A stretch of DNA of 64,000 bases. Source: a virus. Lineage: Duplodnaviria; Heunggongvirae; Uroviricota; Caudoviricetes. This document shows positions 19,135 to 28,688 of the stretch, piece by piece. The notes below the pieces were generated by a model that was given only the letters and a program-made list of their open reading frames with translations, was not told where the DNA came from and made no database searches. Location of the stretch: IMG/VR virus record IMGVR_UViG_3300015214_000024, positions 233,787 through 297,786 of that record; one strand, given 5' to 3'. The position numbers and the translations under genes are program-made. Numbering within the stretch: the first letter of the stretch is position 1; every line of letters begins with the position of its first letter.

Positions 19135-19398
19135 ATGGAAAATAACCATTTACTCAGAACAGTATATGTAGTGTTTGATGAATTTAACGGTTTCAAAACT
19201 AAAAATGGTTGGAATAAATCATTTCGGTTAGCTAAAATTTTTACACATAAGACATATGCACTTAATACACACGATGTCAAGAAAGAGCTTAAAAAGCCTG
19301 ATACAACAGTAAGACTTGTACCAATTCAAATGATGATTGAAGAGGCAGACTATACTGCACTGAAATTGGGTGGTTATTTGGAGGGTCCTGAATTGTGA
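19135..19398 (+). CDS. Hypothetical protein, C-terminal-motif family
   Basis: EEADYTALKLG near C-terminus. Confidence 0.6.
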   Translation: MENNHLLRTVYVVFDEFNGFKTKNGWNKSFRLAKIFTHKTYALNTHDVKKELKKPDTTVRLVPIQMMIEEADYTALKLGGYLEGPEL

Positions 19399-19589
19399 GA
19401 AATATACTTGAATATCCAATTACAAAGGATGAAGTGATTGACGCTATCAATGAAGCAATAGCTTATTGGACCAATCCTCTTTCTGTTGGTGACATTGTGC
19501 CATTGGCGTTGACAAAGGCTAAAGAGTTCATTATAGAAAATGGACCTGATGAATTTTATGAAGATTTTGATCCAAGGAGCAAGCAATGA
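19395..19589 (+). CDS. Hypothetical protein
   Basis: GGAGG RBS; GTGA overlap. Confidence 0.6.
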   Translation: MRNILEYPITKDEVIDAINEAIAYWTNPLSVGDIVPLALTKAKEFIIENGPDEFYEDFDPRSKQ

Positions 19590-19948
19590 GTGTTATTGAA
19601 CTGATTCAAACTATTCGAAATGTAAATGTTATTGAAGACACGATCGTGGATTATAGCCAAACTGATCGAAATCAGAAATTGGCTGATTCACTTGGCCGTG
19701 TTGATGTTACTGAATTAACTTCAGAGGAAGCATTAAATCTTGGATTTGGTATTTGGGATGAAGAAACTAATTTGCATTTGATTCCATATTATCTTTATGA
19801 TTTTCTTGAATATGGTCAAGAATTAGAATCCATCTCTGGTGACACTAGGATTGTTACTCCTGAATATAAAGACAATTCGAGCAGTAATTATATTGATAGT
19901 GACTATCGATTTGGTTGCTTGGCTTATGGATTCAGGCCAAAGGAATAA
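19586..19948 (+). CDS. Hypothetical phage protein
   Basis: LGFGIWDE...LIP...D.D.RFGCLAYG. Confidence 0.7.
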   Translation: MSVIELIQTIRNVNVIEDTIVDYSQTDRNQKLADSLGRVDVTELTSEEALNLGFGIWDEETNLHLIPYYLYDFLEYGQELESISGDTRIVTPEYKDNSSSNYIDSDYRFGCLAYGFRPKE

Positions 19949-19950
19949 TT

Positions 19951-20376
19951 ATGGAAGAAGATAATATCAAGCTCTATTGTATTTTTGCAAAAGAGTCTTT
20001 GGCAAAAATGAATGGCAATCGTGGAAAAATGGCAGCTCAGGCTGGCCACGCCTATTTGCATTCTTGGTGGGAAGCCAATTACGCACATAATGTTGAACCG
20101 TTCACTACTGAAGATGTAATTATCGCAAAACGAAAGTGTGATCAAGCACAAGACTATTATAATAGTCCCAGAGCATACAAGATTTGTCTCGTAGTTGACA
20201 CCGTTGACGAGCTCAAGGCCATTCAAGAAGAGTATAAGAACATTTGCGGTACTAGCTTGGTCACTGATGCTGGCTTTACAGTGTTTAATGAGCCCACTAT
20301 TACTTGCTTAGGAGTTGGCCCATTGCGTGATTCTCTAAAAACTGATTCATTGAAGAAATTAAAGACTTTGATATGA
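19951..20376 (+). CDS. pth2: Peptidyl-tRNA hydrolase, PTH2 family
   Basis: GKMAAQAGHA, KICLVV, VTDAGFT, TITCLGVGP. Confidence 0.9.
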   Translation: MEEDNIKLYCIFAKESLAKMNGNRGKMAAQAGHAYLHSWWEANYAHNVEPFTTEDVIIAKRKCDQAQDYYNSPRAYKICLVVDTVDELKAIQEEYKNICGTSLVTDAGFTVFNEPTITCLGVGPLRDSLKTDSLKKLKTLI

Positions 20377-20675
20377 GGATTGTAAAAATCCCACGGGGTG
20401 ATGGCAAAATTTCCATCAATTGTCAGTATCCATATGGCGAGTATCCAAACGGCGGAACTGCAAAAATTTTAGAACAAGACATCCAAACTACTTGTAAAAT
20501 AATTTTTAAAAACGGGCTGGATTCAACAATACGCCGTGGAGAAATGGTCACTACTTCTGGAAGCCGCGGCCGAAAGCTCAAAAAACCGAGATATATTGGC
20601 CGTTGCTTTGCTTTTGTCTGTGATGAGGCTATTTCAGACTTATTTACAGAGACTACTTTTGTCCTAATGAGGTAA
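20373..20675 (+). CDS. Hypothetical protein, possible C-terminal-motif family
   Basis: ATGA overlap; ends FTETTFVLMR. Confidence 0.55.
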   Translation: MRIVKIPRGDGKISINCQYPYGEYPNGGTAKILEQDIQTTCKIIFKNGLDSTIRRGEMVTTSGSRGRKLKKPRYIGRCFAFVCDEAISDLFTETTFVLMR

Positions 20676-20678
20676 ACT

Positions 20679-20951
20679 GTGAGAGAACCATATGGTCATA
20701 TTGAAAGCTGTGATTCATTGGAGCATTTCTTCTATACTTCCGATATGACCAAACATCTATACAATAGGGTGGAATATCCTGGATTAGTATTGGCTCTTGA
20801 GCAAGAAAAAATCCTCAAAAAGATGTCAAATCAAAATTATAAATTCCAACTTACCGAAGATAATGGGAGCGGCCCGTTTAATAAAACCATTTTTATTAAT
20901 TTAATTTTCTTAGACGATTTGACTAAAACCGAATATGAATTGGTGAGATAA
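20679..20951 (+). CDS. Hypothetical protein, C-terminal-motif family
   Basis: Ends IFLDDLTKTEYELVR. Confidence 0.55.
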   Translation: MREPYGHIESCDSLEHFFYTSDMTKHLYNRVEYPGLVLALEQEKILKKMSNQNYKFQLTEDNGSGPFNKTIFINLIFLDDLTKTEYELVR

Positions 20952-20955
20952 AATT

Positions 20956-21186
20956 ATGGCAGAAATTAAAACTATAATGAATAGGCGATTCGAAAATTGC
21001 AGCAAAGCTTCAGAATATTTTAAAGAATTGAAAGATTTGGTGGCTCAATTGGGTTTTGATACCAGTATTGTTAAAACTTATGATGAATATGAATACCGTT
21101 GCAGTCACAGATATCACGATTACACTGAAGTTTATATTATGACTGACGATCCGGTAATCATAACGGCTTTGACTTTGGTAGATTAG
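20956..21186 (+). CDS. Hypothetical protein, C-terminal-motif family
   Basis: Ends TDDPVIITALTLVD. Confidence 0.55.
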   Translation: MAEIKTIMNRRFENCSKASEYFKELKDLVAQLGFDTSIVKTYDEYEYRCSHRYHDYTEVYIMTDDPVIITALTLVD

Positions 21187-21227
21187 TCCATTACAAAAAT
21201 TTCAATATAAATAAGTGTATTAATGTT

Positions 21228-21296
21228 GCCCCATCCAGCGGATCTGGGCTGGAGACTTCTAATCTCTATGAAAGGGTTCGACTCCTTTATGGGGCG
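21228..21296 (+). tRNA. tRNA-Arg(TCT), atypical D arm and 6-bp anticodon stem
   Basis: GCCCCAT/ATGGGGC-G; D arm CCAG-CGGAT-CTGG; TGGAGA-CTTCTAA-TCTCTA; TATAAATA at 21206. Confidence 0.75.
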
Positions 21297-21315
21297 CAAA
21301 TAGAATACAGGTAAT

Positions 21316-21981
21316 TTGACAATGACAAGTAAAACAATCGGTCCATCATCTGCTTTTTTTTCAAATTATCTAAATACTTACCCACCAAGGGAAGGATTAC
21401 TCTTTCAAATTGAAAATGGAATTATAACTGATAATTTGGGCAACACTCAAACATCAACAAACACGCCTACATATAATTCAAATGGTTGGTTAGATTTTAA
21501 TGGTACTAATCAAAGATTACTATATAGCACTACCTCTGGTAATTACGGAATCACAGTACCGTACAGTATTGAATTTGAGGCTTGGTCAAATATAAGTATG
21601 TCAGGTAGACCATATGGTTGTTTGTTTATGACCGTTGGATATAACGGCGGAACGCCAAACACCTCAAGCACTGCTAATATAAGAATCGGCCCCTGGACCA
21701 TTGATAACTTAGTAGCTGCCATATCTTCTTATAGTTACAGTATTAAGACGCCAATGCCAGTCAATACTTGGTTTAAAGTTGGTGTAATGGTCTACAATAA
21801 TGGTGGTACACGACTCAGAACTTACTATAATGATGCTCAAGTTACTGATGTTGCTGTTACACCTTTAGCGCCTACGAATGACCCATTAAGTATTGGCAAT
21901 TCAATAGGAGATGATCCTTATTGGATTAACGGTCGAATAAGAAATATGTATATTGGTCGCTCATTATTCTGGGACATATAA
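21316..21981 (+). CDS. LamG/concanavalin-A-like domain protein, probably virion-associated
   Basis: LDFNGTNQ, NTW..V, LSIGN...NGRIRN; N/T/S/G-rich. Confidence 0.65.
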   Translation: MTMTSKTIGPSSAFFSNYLNTYPPREGLLFQIENGIITDNLGNTQTSTNTPTYNSNGWLDFNGTNQRLLYSTTSGNYGITVPYSIEFEAWSNISMSGRPYGCLFMTVGYNGGTPNTSSTANIRIGPWTIDNLVAAISSYSYSIKTPMPVNTWFKVGVMVYNNGGTRLRTYYNDAQVTDVAVTPLAPTNDPLSIGNSIGDDPYWINGRIRNMYIGRSLFWDI

Positions 21982-22262
21982 TGGCTGATGGATACTGTAT
22001 AATTAGAAAGCAATATTTTCTTAGTGATTATATTGGCTGGGAAGAATTAGAAATGGATGTGTTTTTGGATTTGAAAGCATATCAATTTATTGCAGCCGGA
22101 TTAGGAATTAATATAGCTTTTAAAGCCGATACTATATTAGACTCCACTAACATTGTTGTTGGGTCTGGTTATTTGTCTAAAGGAAAAAATTTATTAATAT
22201 CAATTCCTAACGATTTCTCAAACTATTTTACTTCTGATGTGATAAGGCAGATGGTTAAATAG
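21981..22262 (+). CDS. Hypothetical protein
   Basis: TAATG coupling. Confidence 0.55.
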   Translation: MADGYCIIRKQYFLSDYIGWEELEMDVFLDLKAYQFIAAGLGINIAFKADTILDSTNIVVGSGYLSKGKNLLISIPNDFSNYFTSDVIRQMVK

Positions 22263-22473
22263 ATAAAATCAAAAGAAAATCAGAAAAAAATAGAGTTCTT
22301 CCATTAAAAAACCGGCAGGGGTCGCCTACCGGTTTTATAAATATACTTGGAACAACTTTTGTGATGATCCAATAATATGTCGTAGCAAACATATTTATTA
22401 TTCATCTCAAAAAAGTTGTTCCTTAATTTAAATCCCCGCGAAAAAAGCCGGGAAACAAAAGGAACTAAAAAAA

Positions 22474-22782
22474 ATGAAAGAATTAAATCCAAATGAATAC
22501 GGCCATATTGGGCAACACAATAGAGTTTGGAACCTTAAGCGACATATCGTCGCTGAGCTACATTCTCGTGGTGGCAAAGTAACGATATCAGAATTGCAAA
22601 CGATTGTTATGGGTAATAAATCGTATGGGTCACAAACTGATTTTAGTGTTACATTGCAAGGTATGCTAAATGCTGGTGACTTGAGTCCAAGTTTCGAGAC
22701 CCCTCACGGTTGGATGGACGCACATTTCACGTTAAATCAAAATGAACACATTCTTCAAGTGATCGAAGAATTGACAAATTGA
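22474..22782 (+). CDS. Hypothetical protein, possible winged helix
   Basis: AAGGA RBS; helix pattern GGKVTISELQ. Confidence 0.55.
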   Translation: MKELNPNEYGHIGQHNRVWNLKRHIVAELHSRGGKVTISELQTIVMGNKSYGSQTDFSVTLQGMLNAGDLSPSFETPHGWMDAHFTLNQNEHILQVIEELTN

Positions 22783-23461
22783 TTATTTTAGATATGATCA
22801 TTAATTTTTCATTTTGCTGCTTTTCAGCATATGAATTTTTAGGATCTAAATAAAGGTCATGATCGGGCAGGTAAAAGTCAGGATAATATTTTCTATTCTT
22901 GCCTGCTCGATCTTGATATAAAATAGGTCCAGGGCGTTCCCATTTTAATTCTAATTCATCTAATCGATCTGCTAAAGCATCTTCCCAAGAACTATCAAAT
23001 ATGAATGTTCTACCTTTCTTGTCTGTATAGTTATGAGACATTTTACATTTACGCTGATGATTACTTTTCAATGCTCGTTCGGATATTTTTTGTTTTGTTT
23101 CAGCAGTATGTTTACGACCTTTCATATGTGTCCGGTCAATATGCTTGTAAGTACCGTTTTTATGAAGTTTACTGATGGACGAGGAACGTTTTAAATTTGA
23201 TTCCTCAGTGATGTAAGTCCTGGCGATTTTTACATTGTTGACGTGGTCCGGCCGTAACGGGTTTGAATGACACCATTTGATATGATTTGCTCTTTTAGAT
23301 TTAATTGGCAAACTGGTATCGCAATGAGGACAGAACTCATTTTGAATAGAATGTTTCTTTCCCTTTTGGCAAATTTTTGATCCATAATGTTTGGAAATGT
23401 TGTTGACAGTGACGACACTTCTGCATAATATACAAGAAACGGTGGGTTTCATACTAATCAC
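22727..23461 (-). mobile_element. Free-standing Zn-finger/NUMOD3/PD-(D/E)xK (TnsA-like) homing endonuclease
   Basis: Cys/His fingers, HTAETKQKIS, DSSWE, YYPDFYLP...LDPK. Confidence 0.8.
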
Positions 23462-23527
23462 TTTTTATTTTTAAAGTCATAATATAGCTTGACACTTTAT
23501 AGAAAGTCAATTAATGTAATTACTAAT

Positions 23528-23602
23528 GCGCCTATGGTGAAAGGGATATCATAAGGGTCTTCTAAACCTTTGGTCCAGGTTCGAATCCTGGTAGGCGCGC
23601 CA
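23528..23602 (+). tRNA. tRNA-Arg(TCT), canonical
   Basis: GCGCCTA/TAGGCGC-G-CCA; loop CTTCTAA; own promoter. Confidence 0.95.
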
Positions 23603-23625
23603 TCTTTTTTTTGAAAGGACAATGT

Positions 23626-23835
23626 ATGAGAAATTTTTGGCTTGGCGTAGTTTCAATGTATATGGCTACAGCTCTTCTTTTTTCAATTGCAAGTTCCTTT
23701 GCTATGCCACCAGCTATGAATGTTTGGGGTCACATTTATTATGGTGCTGTTTGGCCAGCCTGGCCACTGTCATCAATTGCCAACACTAACATTGTACCAA
23801 TACCCACTTGGGCATTCACTTTTGACGATGACTGA
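23626..23835 (+). CDS. Small membrane protein
   Basis: Hydrophobic N-terminus; AAGGA RBS. Confidence 0.6.
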   Translation: MRNFWLGVVSMYMATALLFSIASSFAMPPAMNVWGHIYYGAVWPAWPLSSIANTNIVPIPTWAFTFDDD

Positions 23836-24091
23836 TCCATTTAAAACACTAATTATTGGATATTCAGTTCAAGATCTATCAAAAATCCATTCTGGAATAG
23901 AGTTAGACCAATATCTGGCTAATCGAATTTCATATGAAAAAGCTGATACTGTCCTGCAAATTATGCAAAATAAAAATTTTTCTGCCTATAAAATTATAGG
24001 AAGTGACGATCCGAATATTGAGCCCACCGGTGCTTTTGAATTACATTTTCACGATGAACAAACTTATTTAGAATTTCAATTCCTATTGTGA
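23828..24091 (+). CDS. Hypothetical protein, C-terminal-motif family
   Basis: Ends FHDEQTYLEFQFLL. Confidence 0.6.
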   Translation: MTDPFKTLIIGYSVQDLSKIHSGIELDQYLANRISYEKADTVLQIMQNKNFSAYKIIGSDDPNIEPTGAFELHFHDEQTYLEFQFLL

Positions 24092-24097
24092 GGTAAT

Positions 24098-24880
24098 ATG
24101 CGTATCATTGGCGGAAAAGATTATTATGATAGTGCGATTGCATATGGTATTGATCCAGGCATCGTTTTTGTCCGCGATAGTCGAAAACTAACTAATGGAC
24201 AGATGGATCGAATTGGAAGATATTCAGGAATTTCTGTTTCACTAACTCATAAAGACGATGTCGGGAAAACTCCCTATTATGGGAGCAAACGTCGCGTATC
24301 AACATCGATGTACGATTCATACAAGCAAATTGACGGCATTTACTATAAACTCGTAGATCACACTGTTATCTTCTGTGGCAAACTTTATCAGGGTTTGGAA
24401 ATCCAAGAATACGAGTCTATGAAAGCTTCGACTTCGACTTATTTTTGGTCATTTGAAAAATTGAAGAAGTGGGCTGAACCTAAAAATTTGGTACCTGGTA
24501 CTGCTACACCTTATTGGAATAGGGCGAATGACAATAGAGACCCATTCAATGTAGTTGAATTGAAAAAAGACATCATTAATGCACTGATTGATAATAATAT
24601 TTCGATTGCTATGAAGGCAGGCCCTGGAGATAGTTCAGTTAGCCGTGGTCGAACTGGATGGTCAGAGGCTGATAGTGGATGGATAGCTGATTTTGCTGGA
24701 TTGTCTCAAATCGGATTTCAGAGTGCCCTGGACCCATATACTGCATTTCAAGAACTTTCTATGTGGGTTGGTGGTACATTAGCAACCAATGGGCCCAACA
24801 CGATAACTATCACTGATGATAAGGTCAAAATCGCCAAGCACGGGTTTGACAAAATGTCATTTAGGAAGCCAAAAGCTTGA
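24098..24880 (+). CDS. Hypothetical phage protein
   Basis: MRIIGGKDYYD...DPYTAFQEL...KHGFDKMSFRK. Confidence 0.8.
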   Translation: MRIIGGKDYYDSAIAYGIDPGIVFVRDSRKLTNGQMDRIGRYSGISVSLTHKDDVGKTPYYGSKRRVSTSMYDSYKQIDGIYYKLVDHTVIFCGKLYQGLEIQEYESMKASTSTYFWSFEKLKKWAEPKNLVPGTATPYWNRANDNRDPFNVVELKKDIINALIDNNISIAMKAGPGDSSVSRGRTGWSEADSGWIADFAGLSQIGFQSALDPYTAFQELSMWVGGTLATNGPNTITITDDKVKIAKHGFDKMSFRKPKA

Positions 24881-24928
24881 CATAATACTCCTGTTATTGT
24901 ATCAACGGTATGTTAAAAGGAGGTTTAT

Positions 24929-25345
24929 TTGCTTACTCGAATTTCTAAAAAGAAGCTTTTCTTTCGAAATATCTTGGCCAAAATTGGGTTGGCCAAACCA
25001 CTTTACAAATATGACTTTTCAGCATCCTGCCCTGGTGGCATTATTGGTGATTTCAGTCAAGATGGTTTGATTGGACGAATGGATGCTCGAGATCAAATAA
25101 TACAGGCATTAAAAGATGCTTCAATCTCCCATACATATTACAGCGTAGACAAGGTGTTGACAAATATTTCCACCATTGATCGACATTTGAAAGTTTATCC
25201 AGATAGTGATTATGCCAAAGATCTCAAAGCTGCCAAAGGCCTCCAGAAATTTATGTGGAGATTTGGCGGAATGCTTTTTGGTTATGATTATTATTTGTAT
25301 TTTGAACGTGAAAGTGATATAATTGCTTTCCAAATTGTGAGGTAA
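24929..25345 (+). CDS. Hypothetical protein, C-terminal-motif family
   Basis: AGGAGG RBS, TTG start; ends FERESDIIAFQIVR. Confidence 0.7.
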   Translation: MLTRISKKKLFFRNILAKIGLAKPLYKYDFSASCPGGIIGDFSQDGLIGRMDARDQIIQALKDASISHTYYSVDKVLTNISTIDRHLKVYPDSDYAKDLKAAKGLQKFMWRFGGMLFGYDYYLYFERESDIIAFQIVR

Positions 25346-25347
25346 TA

Positions 25348-25941
25348 ATGTTTAATTATTCGGAACGTAGAACTGATTCTCACGTCTATTTTGTGGGCGG
25401 ACCGTTCAGTCAATGGTATAAGGATAAAAACCCTACCAAGTACCAATTTACTCAATTTTTGTTGACAGATGAAGATTATTTGTATGATTTCAACTGTGCA
25501 GAGCAATATATGATGGCCAGTAAGGCGAAGCTTTTTCCTTGTGAGGAAAATGATGTTATTTTTGAAGCTATTATGAATAGCAAGCATCCAGATCAACAAA
25601 AAGAACTTGGCCGCCAAGTTAAAAATTTCGATCCAGAAATTTGGAATACTAATGCGAGAACGATAGTTTTCCGTGGCAACATTCAGAAATTTAAAATTCC
25701 TGAACTTTTTGATTATATTATGGATACTGAAGATCGAATTATCGTAGAAGGAGCAATCTATGATCCAGTATGGGGAGTCAAACTTCGATGGAATGATCCA
25801 GCAATTGAGGACCTAGCCAACTGGCGCGGGACCAATTGGCTAGGTCAAGTTTTGATGAAAGTTCGAAAAACTCTTAAGGAAGATCCTGGTCATTTTGCAT
25901 TTGGATATGACATTGATTGGTCAAAAGAGCCGTGGAAATAA
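25348..25941 (+). CDS. NADAR (YbiA-like) family protein
   Basis: FSQWY, AEQYMMASKA.LF, KELGRQVKNFD, D.VWGV, WRGTNWLG..LM.VR. Confidence 0.92.
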   Translation: MFNYSERRTDSHVYFVGGPFSQWYKDKNPTKYQFTQFLLTDEDYLYDFNCAEQYMMASKAKLFPCEENDVIFEAIMNSKHPDQQKELGRQVKNFDPEIWNTNARTIVFRGNIQKFKIPELFDYIMDTEDRIIVEGAIYDPVWGVKLRWNDPAIEDLANWRGTNWLGQVLMKVRKTLKEDPGHFAFGYDIDWSKEPWK

Positions 25942-26180
25942 AAGAATTCCATAATAGAATAATTTTATGGGCACGTGGTAATCCAAATTTGTATCCTGAA
26001 GAAATTGAGCAGATTGAAAATTTTGGCAAATTATTACGCTTTCACGGTATAGAATATACAGAAGGAAAGTTTGAAACTTTAAAAGAATCGAATGTGAATT
26101 ATGGAATACAAACAATCCACGTCTTACATTTGTTATTCGATGATGCAAACTTTACTGCATATAAAATAATTAAGGATTAA
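25932..26180 (+). CDS. Hypothetical protein, C-terminal-motif family
   Basis: Ends FDDANFTAYKIIKD. Confidence 0.6.
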   Translation: MEIKEFHNRIILWARGNPNLYPEEIEQIENFGKLLRFHGIEYTEGKFETLKESNVNYGIQTIHVLHLLFDDANFTAYKIIKD

Positions 26181-26181
26181 T

Positions 26182-26385
26182 ATGAGATCTGTTTATTTTA
26201 GTATTGATTGTTATGATACCGTAAATGCTTGTATGATCGAATGTATGAAGATCAAAAAAGCTTTGAAGGATCAAAAAGTTAATGTGGATATTAGAACTAA
26301 AAAAGACAGGTATGATCATATTAAATTTTATGAGATAGTGTTTAAATCTGATGAAGATTATATGATTTACCAATTTATTAAGTAA
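26182..26385 (+). CDS. Hypothetical protein, C-terminal-motif family
   Basis: Ends FKSDEDYMIYQFIK. Confidence 0.65.
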   Translation: MRSVYFSIDCYDTVNACMIECMKIKKALKDQKVNVDIRTKKDRYDHIKFYEIVFKSDEDYMIYQFIK

Positions 26386-26394
26386 GGAAAAACT

Positions 26395-26946
26395 ATGTCA
26401 ACTCGTATGCCAGTGAGAATATTAACAGCAATGCCGAACGATGCTAATCCAGATGGCGATATATTTGGTGGATGGCTAATGAGCCAGATGGACTTGGCCG
26501 CCGGCGCAATATGCAAACGACGAGCTGGCGGGCGAGTCGTTACTGTTGCGGTTGAAGGATTTAAATTTCTTGCACCAGTTCACATAGGTGATGAGGTAGT
26601 GATTTATGCTGAAATAGTCAAAACAGGAACGACGTCCCTTACAAGTAAAGTTTGTACTTATACTCGTGATGGCTGTACGGGTGACGAGACCAAAGTATGT
26701 GAAGCGGTTTATGTTTTTGTCCACGTCGGCGCCGACCTAAAGCCTACACCAATCCCCCAAGATGAAGTTTCTGAAGCTGTAGGACTGAATGGGGAAATGA
26801 CTGAAATTGCCCGCAAGGCATATCAATTTATACGCTCTGGCGGAAATGACGGTACTGGTCGACCAATGACACATCCGGCCCAAGAAGCTTTAGTTGCTGA
26901 AGTTGGTCGTTTGATTGGATATTTGATCGATGAAGCCAAAAATTAA
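26395..26946 (+). CDS. Hot-dog fold acyl-CoA thioesterase (YciA-like) with C-terminal extension
   Basis: AMPNDANPDGDIFGGWLMSQMDLA, RVVTVAV, PVHIGD. Confidence 0.92.
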   Translation: MSTRMPVRILTAMPNDANPDGDIFGGWLMSQMDLAAGAICKRRAGGRVVTVAVEGFKFLAPVHIGDEVVIYAEIVKTGTTSLTSKVCTYTRDGCTGDETKVCEAVYVFVHVGADLKPTPIPQDEVSEAVGLNGEMTEIARKAYQFIRSGGNDGTGRPMTHPAQEALVAEVGRLIGYLIDEAKN

Positions 26947-27169
26947 ATTTAGTTTAAAAAATCATCCAACTGAACACGATGCGTATGTTGCTTGGGAATT
27001 AGCTAAGGATTTGTTAGACGAATATCAAATACTATACTATGCTGATGTAATGAATCAAGAAATATTTGTTACAACTGAATTTACCGGAAAGATGGTATTT
27101 TCAAAAGTTTTCAGCATCTCCTTTCAAGACGAAAATGATTTAATGGCATTTCGACTAATCAAGGATTGA
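26930..27169 (+). CDS. Hypothetical protein, C-terminal-motif family
   Basis: Ends FQDENDLMAFRLIKD. Confidence 0.65.
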   Translation: MKPKIKFSLKNHPTEHDAYVAWELAKDLLDEYQILYYADVMNQEIFVTTEFTGKMVFSKVFSISFQDENDLMAFRLIKD

Positions 27170-27170
27170 A

Positions 27171-27404
27171 ATGAGATACGTATCTTTTGATCTATATTCC
27201 CACGGAAGTGAACCAGCAGCCCATATGGCTTTTAGATCAGCTATGAAGTTATTAGACCATTACAGCATACCATATAGTCAAACTATTGAAGACGTTTATT
27301 TCAACGAACCTCCAAATAAACATCGACGAACATATTACACCGTACATAAAATATTTTTTTATAATGAAGAAGATTATTTGGCATATATCCTAATTAAGGA
27401 TTGA
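27171..27404 (+). CDS. Hypothetical protein, C-terminal-motif family
   Basis: Ends FYNEEDYLAYILIKD. Confidence 0.65.
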   Translation: MRYVSFDLYSHGSEPAAHMAFRSAMKLLDHYSIPYSQTIEDVYFNEPPNKHRRTYYTVHKIFFYNEEDYLAYILIKD

Positions 27405-27434
27405 CTTGTGGACTATTAATGCTAATATACCAAG

Positions 27435-27755
27435 ATACCAACTAACCCTTGAAGATGTGGCGGTAAAAGTTACGTACCGCCATTAAGGGGAGGGAGTATA
27501 TTAAACCCAAGTCTGTTCTACATTGATATGAAAATATCAGCGCGCAGGATGGCCAAGGTAGGGAAAGTGAACGGTAATTTAATATTGCCACCCCTTGCAA
27601 AGGGACCGTGGGAGGCGGCGGAATGAGTACCTATAGCGGAGCCGGAAAACTATGCGTAAGTCCGATGGCGTTACAGATGGCAGGCGATTGACACGTCGTA
27701 GGGAAGGGAAAACCTACTGGATTGGTGACAATTCATAAAAAGGGTTAGTTGGTAT
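27435..27755 (+). ncRNA. Large (~320 nt) unidentified structured RNA
   Basis: Perfect 16-bp closing stem ATACCAACTAACCCTT/AAGGGTTAGTTGGTAT; TTGACT promoter at 27401; GNRA-capped hairpins. Confidence 0.75.
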
Positions 27756-27789
27756 AAATATCTTGTAATTTAATCTGCAGGATATTTTT

Positions 27790-28605
27790 ATGCGTCTTTT
27801 TGAATTCACCCAAATTGATGAGTATTTGGACAAAACCCCAGTAAAAAACCAGCAAGATCCAGATTCTGGATTATGGTTGAATGAAAAAGGGGAGACTTGG
27901 AGATCATCAAGCCCATATCTCTATGCTATAAAAAATCCAAGCGGCCGCCCAGGATACGTGGGACAAATCCATATTCCAGCCAGTTTGTATCGTGAACATA
28001 TTCAGGATATGCAACGACGTTGGCCTGATGCCCCATCGTCATTGTTTAGCGATGATCTTAATAAATTGATGCCAATTCTTACACCGGTTTATTCCGATCC
28101 TCGTAAAGCCGCCTGGGTTGCGCAAGAAGTATTGCTGGATACTGGAAATAAAAAAGCCGAAGATATTATCTTAGGATATTTAGATTGGAGATATAGCGGC
28201 AGGCACGATAAAAATGATGCTCACCTTTGGTTTGAATTGTTGAACAATGTCCCATCATTTACTGGCCAACCATTGACTGGTGATGACGCTGATGAATATC
28301 TTGGAGACAAGGAGCAATTAGCTAAAGATCGTGCCGAACGTGAAGCTGCTTTGAAAAAGAAAGTTACATTGGCTAAAAATGCCGGAAATTATGAATCAGA
28401 TAGAAAAAAACAAATTAAACGTGATTTGATGGCTTGGTTCACTCGTATGGGTCCAGCAGTTGCGAAGAAAAAGTTCGGAAAACCATTGACAGGTGAAGAA
28501 CTTTCTGCTAAATTGGACAAAGAAATTGAAGATAAAGGAATTAATTTCTTTTTAACAGGCCCTGGGTCAGTTAAGTTAAAGGATATTGGTTCACTTAAAT
28601 TTTAA
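27790..28605 (+). CDS. Hypothetical late protein (MRLFEF N-terminus)
   Basis: TATAAATA at 27753. Confidence 0.7.
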   Translation: MRLFEFTQIDEYLDKTPVKNQQDPDSGLWLNEKGETWRSSSPYLYAIKNPSGRPGYVGQIHIPASLYREHIQDMQRRWPDAPSSLFSDDLNKLMPILTPVYSDPRKAAWVAQEVLLDTGNKKAEDIILGYLDWRYSGRHDKNDAHLWFELLNNVPSFTGQPLTGDDADEYLGDKEQLAKDRAEREAALKKKVTLAKNAGNYESDRKKQIKRDLMAWFTRMGPAVAKKKFGKPLTGEELSAKLDKEIEDKGINFFLTGPGSVKLKDIGSLKF

Positions 28606-28610
28606 AAATT

Positions 28611-28688
28611 GGGTCGGTGGTGAGAATGGATTAGTCCGTCACGTCGCAACCGTGAAGAATGCAGGTTCGAGTCCTGCCCGATCCTCCA
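28611..28688 (+). tRNA. tRNA with GCA (Cys) anticodon, C33 and a G3-U70 pair
   Basis: GGGTCGG/CCGATCC-T-CCA; TCACG-TCGCAAC-CGTGA; canonical T arm. Confidence 0.75.

Noticed and set aside
27555-27575. RNase P RNA (AGGGAAAGTG resemblance)
   Set aside because: Neither conserved P4 strand could be found
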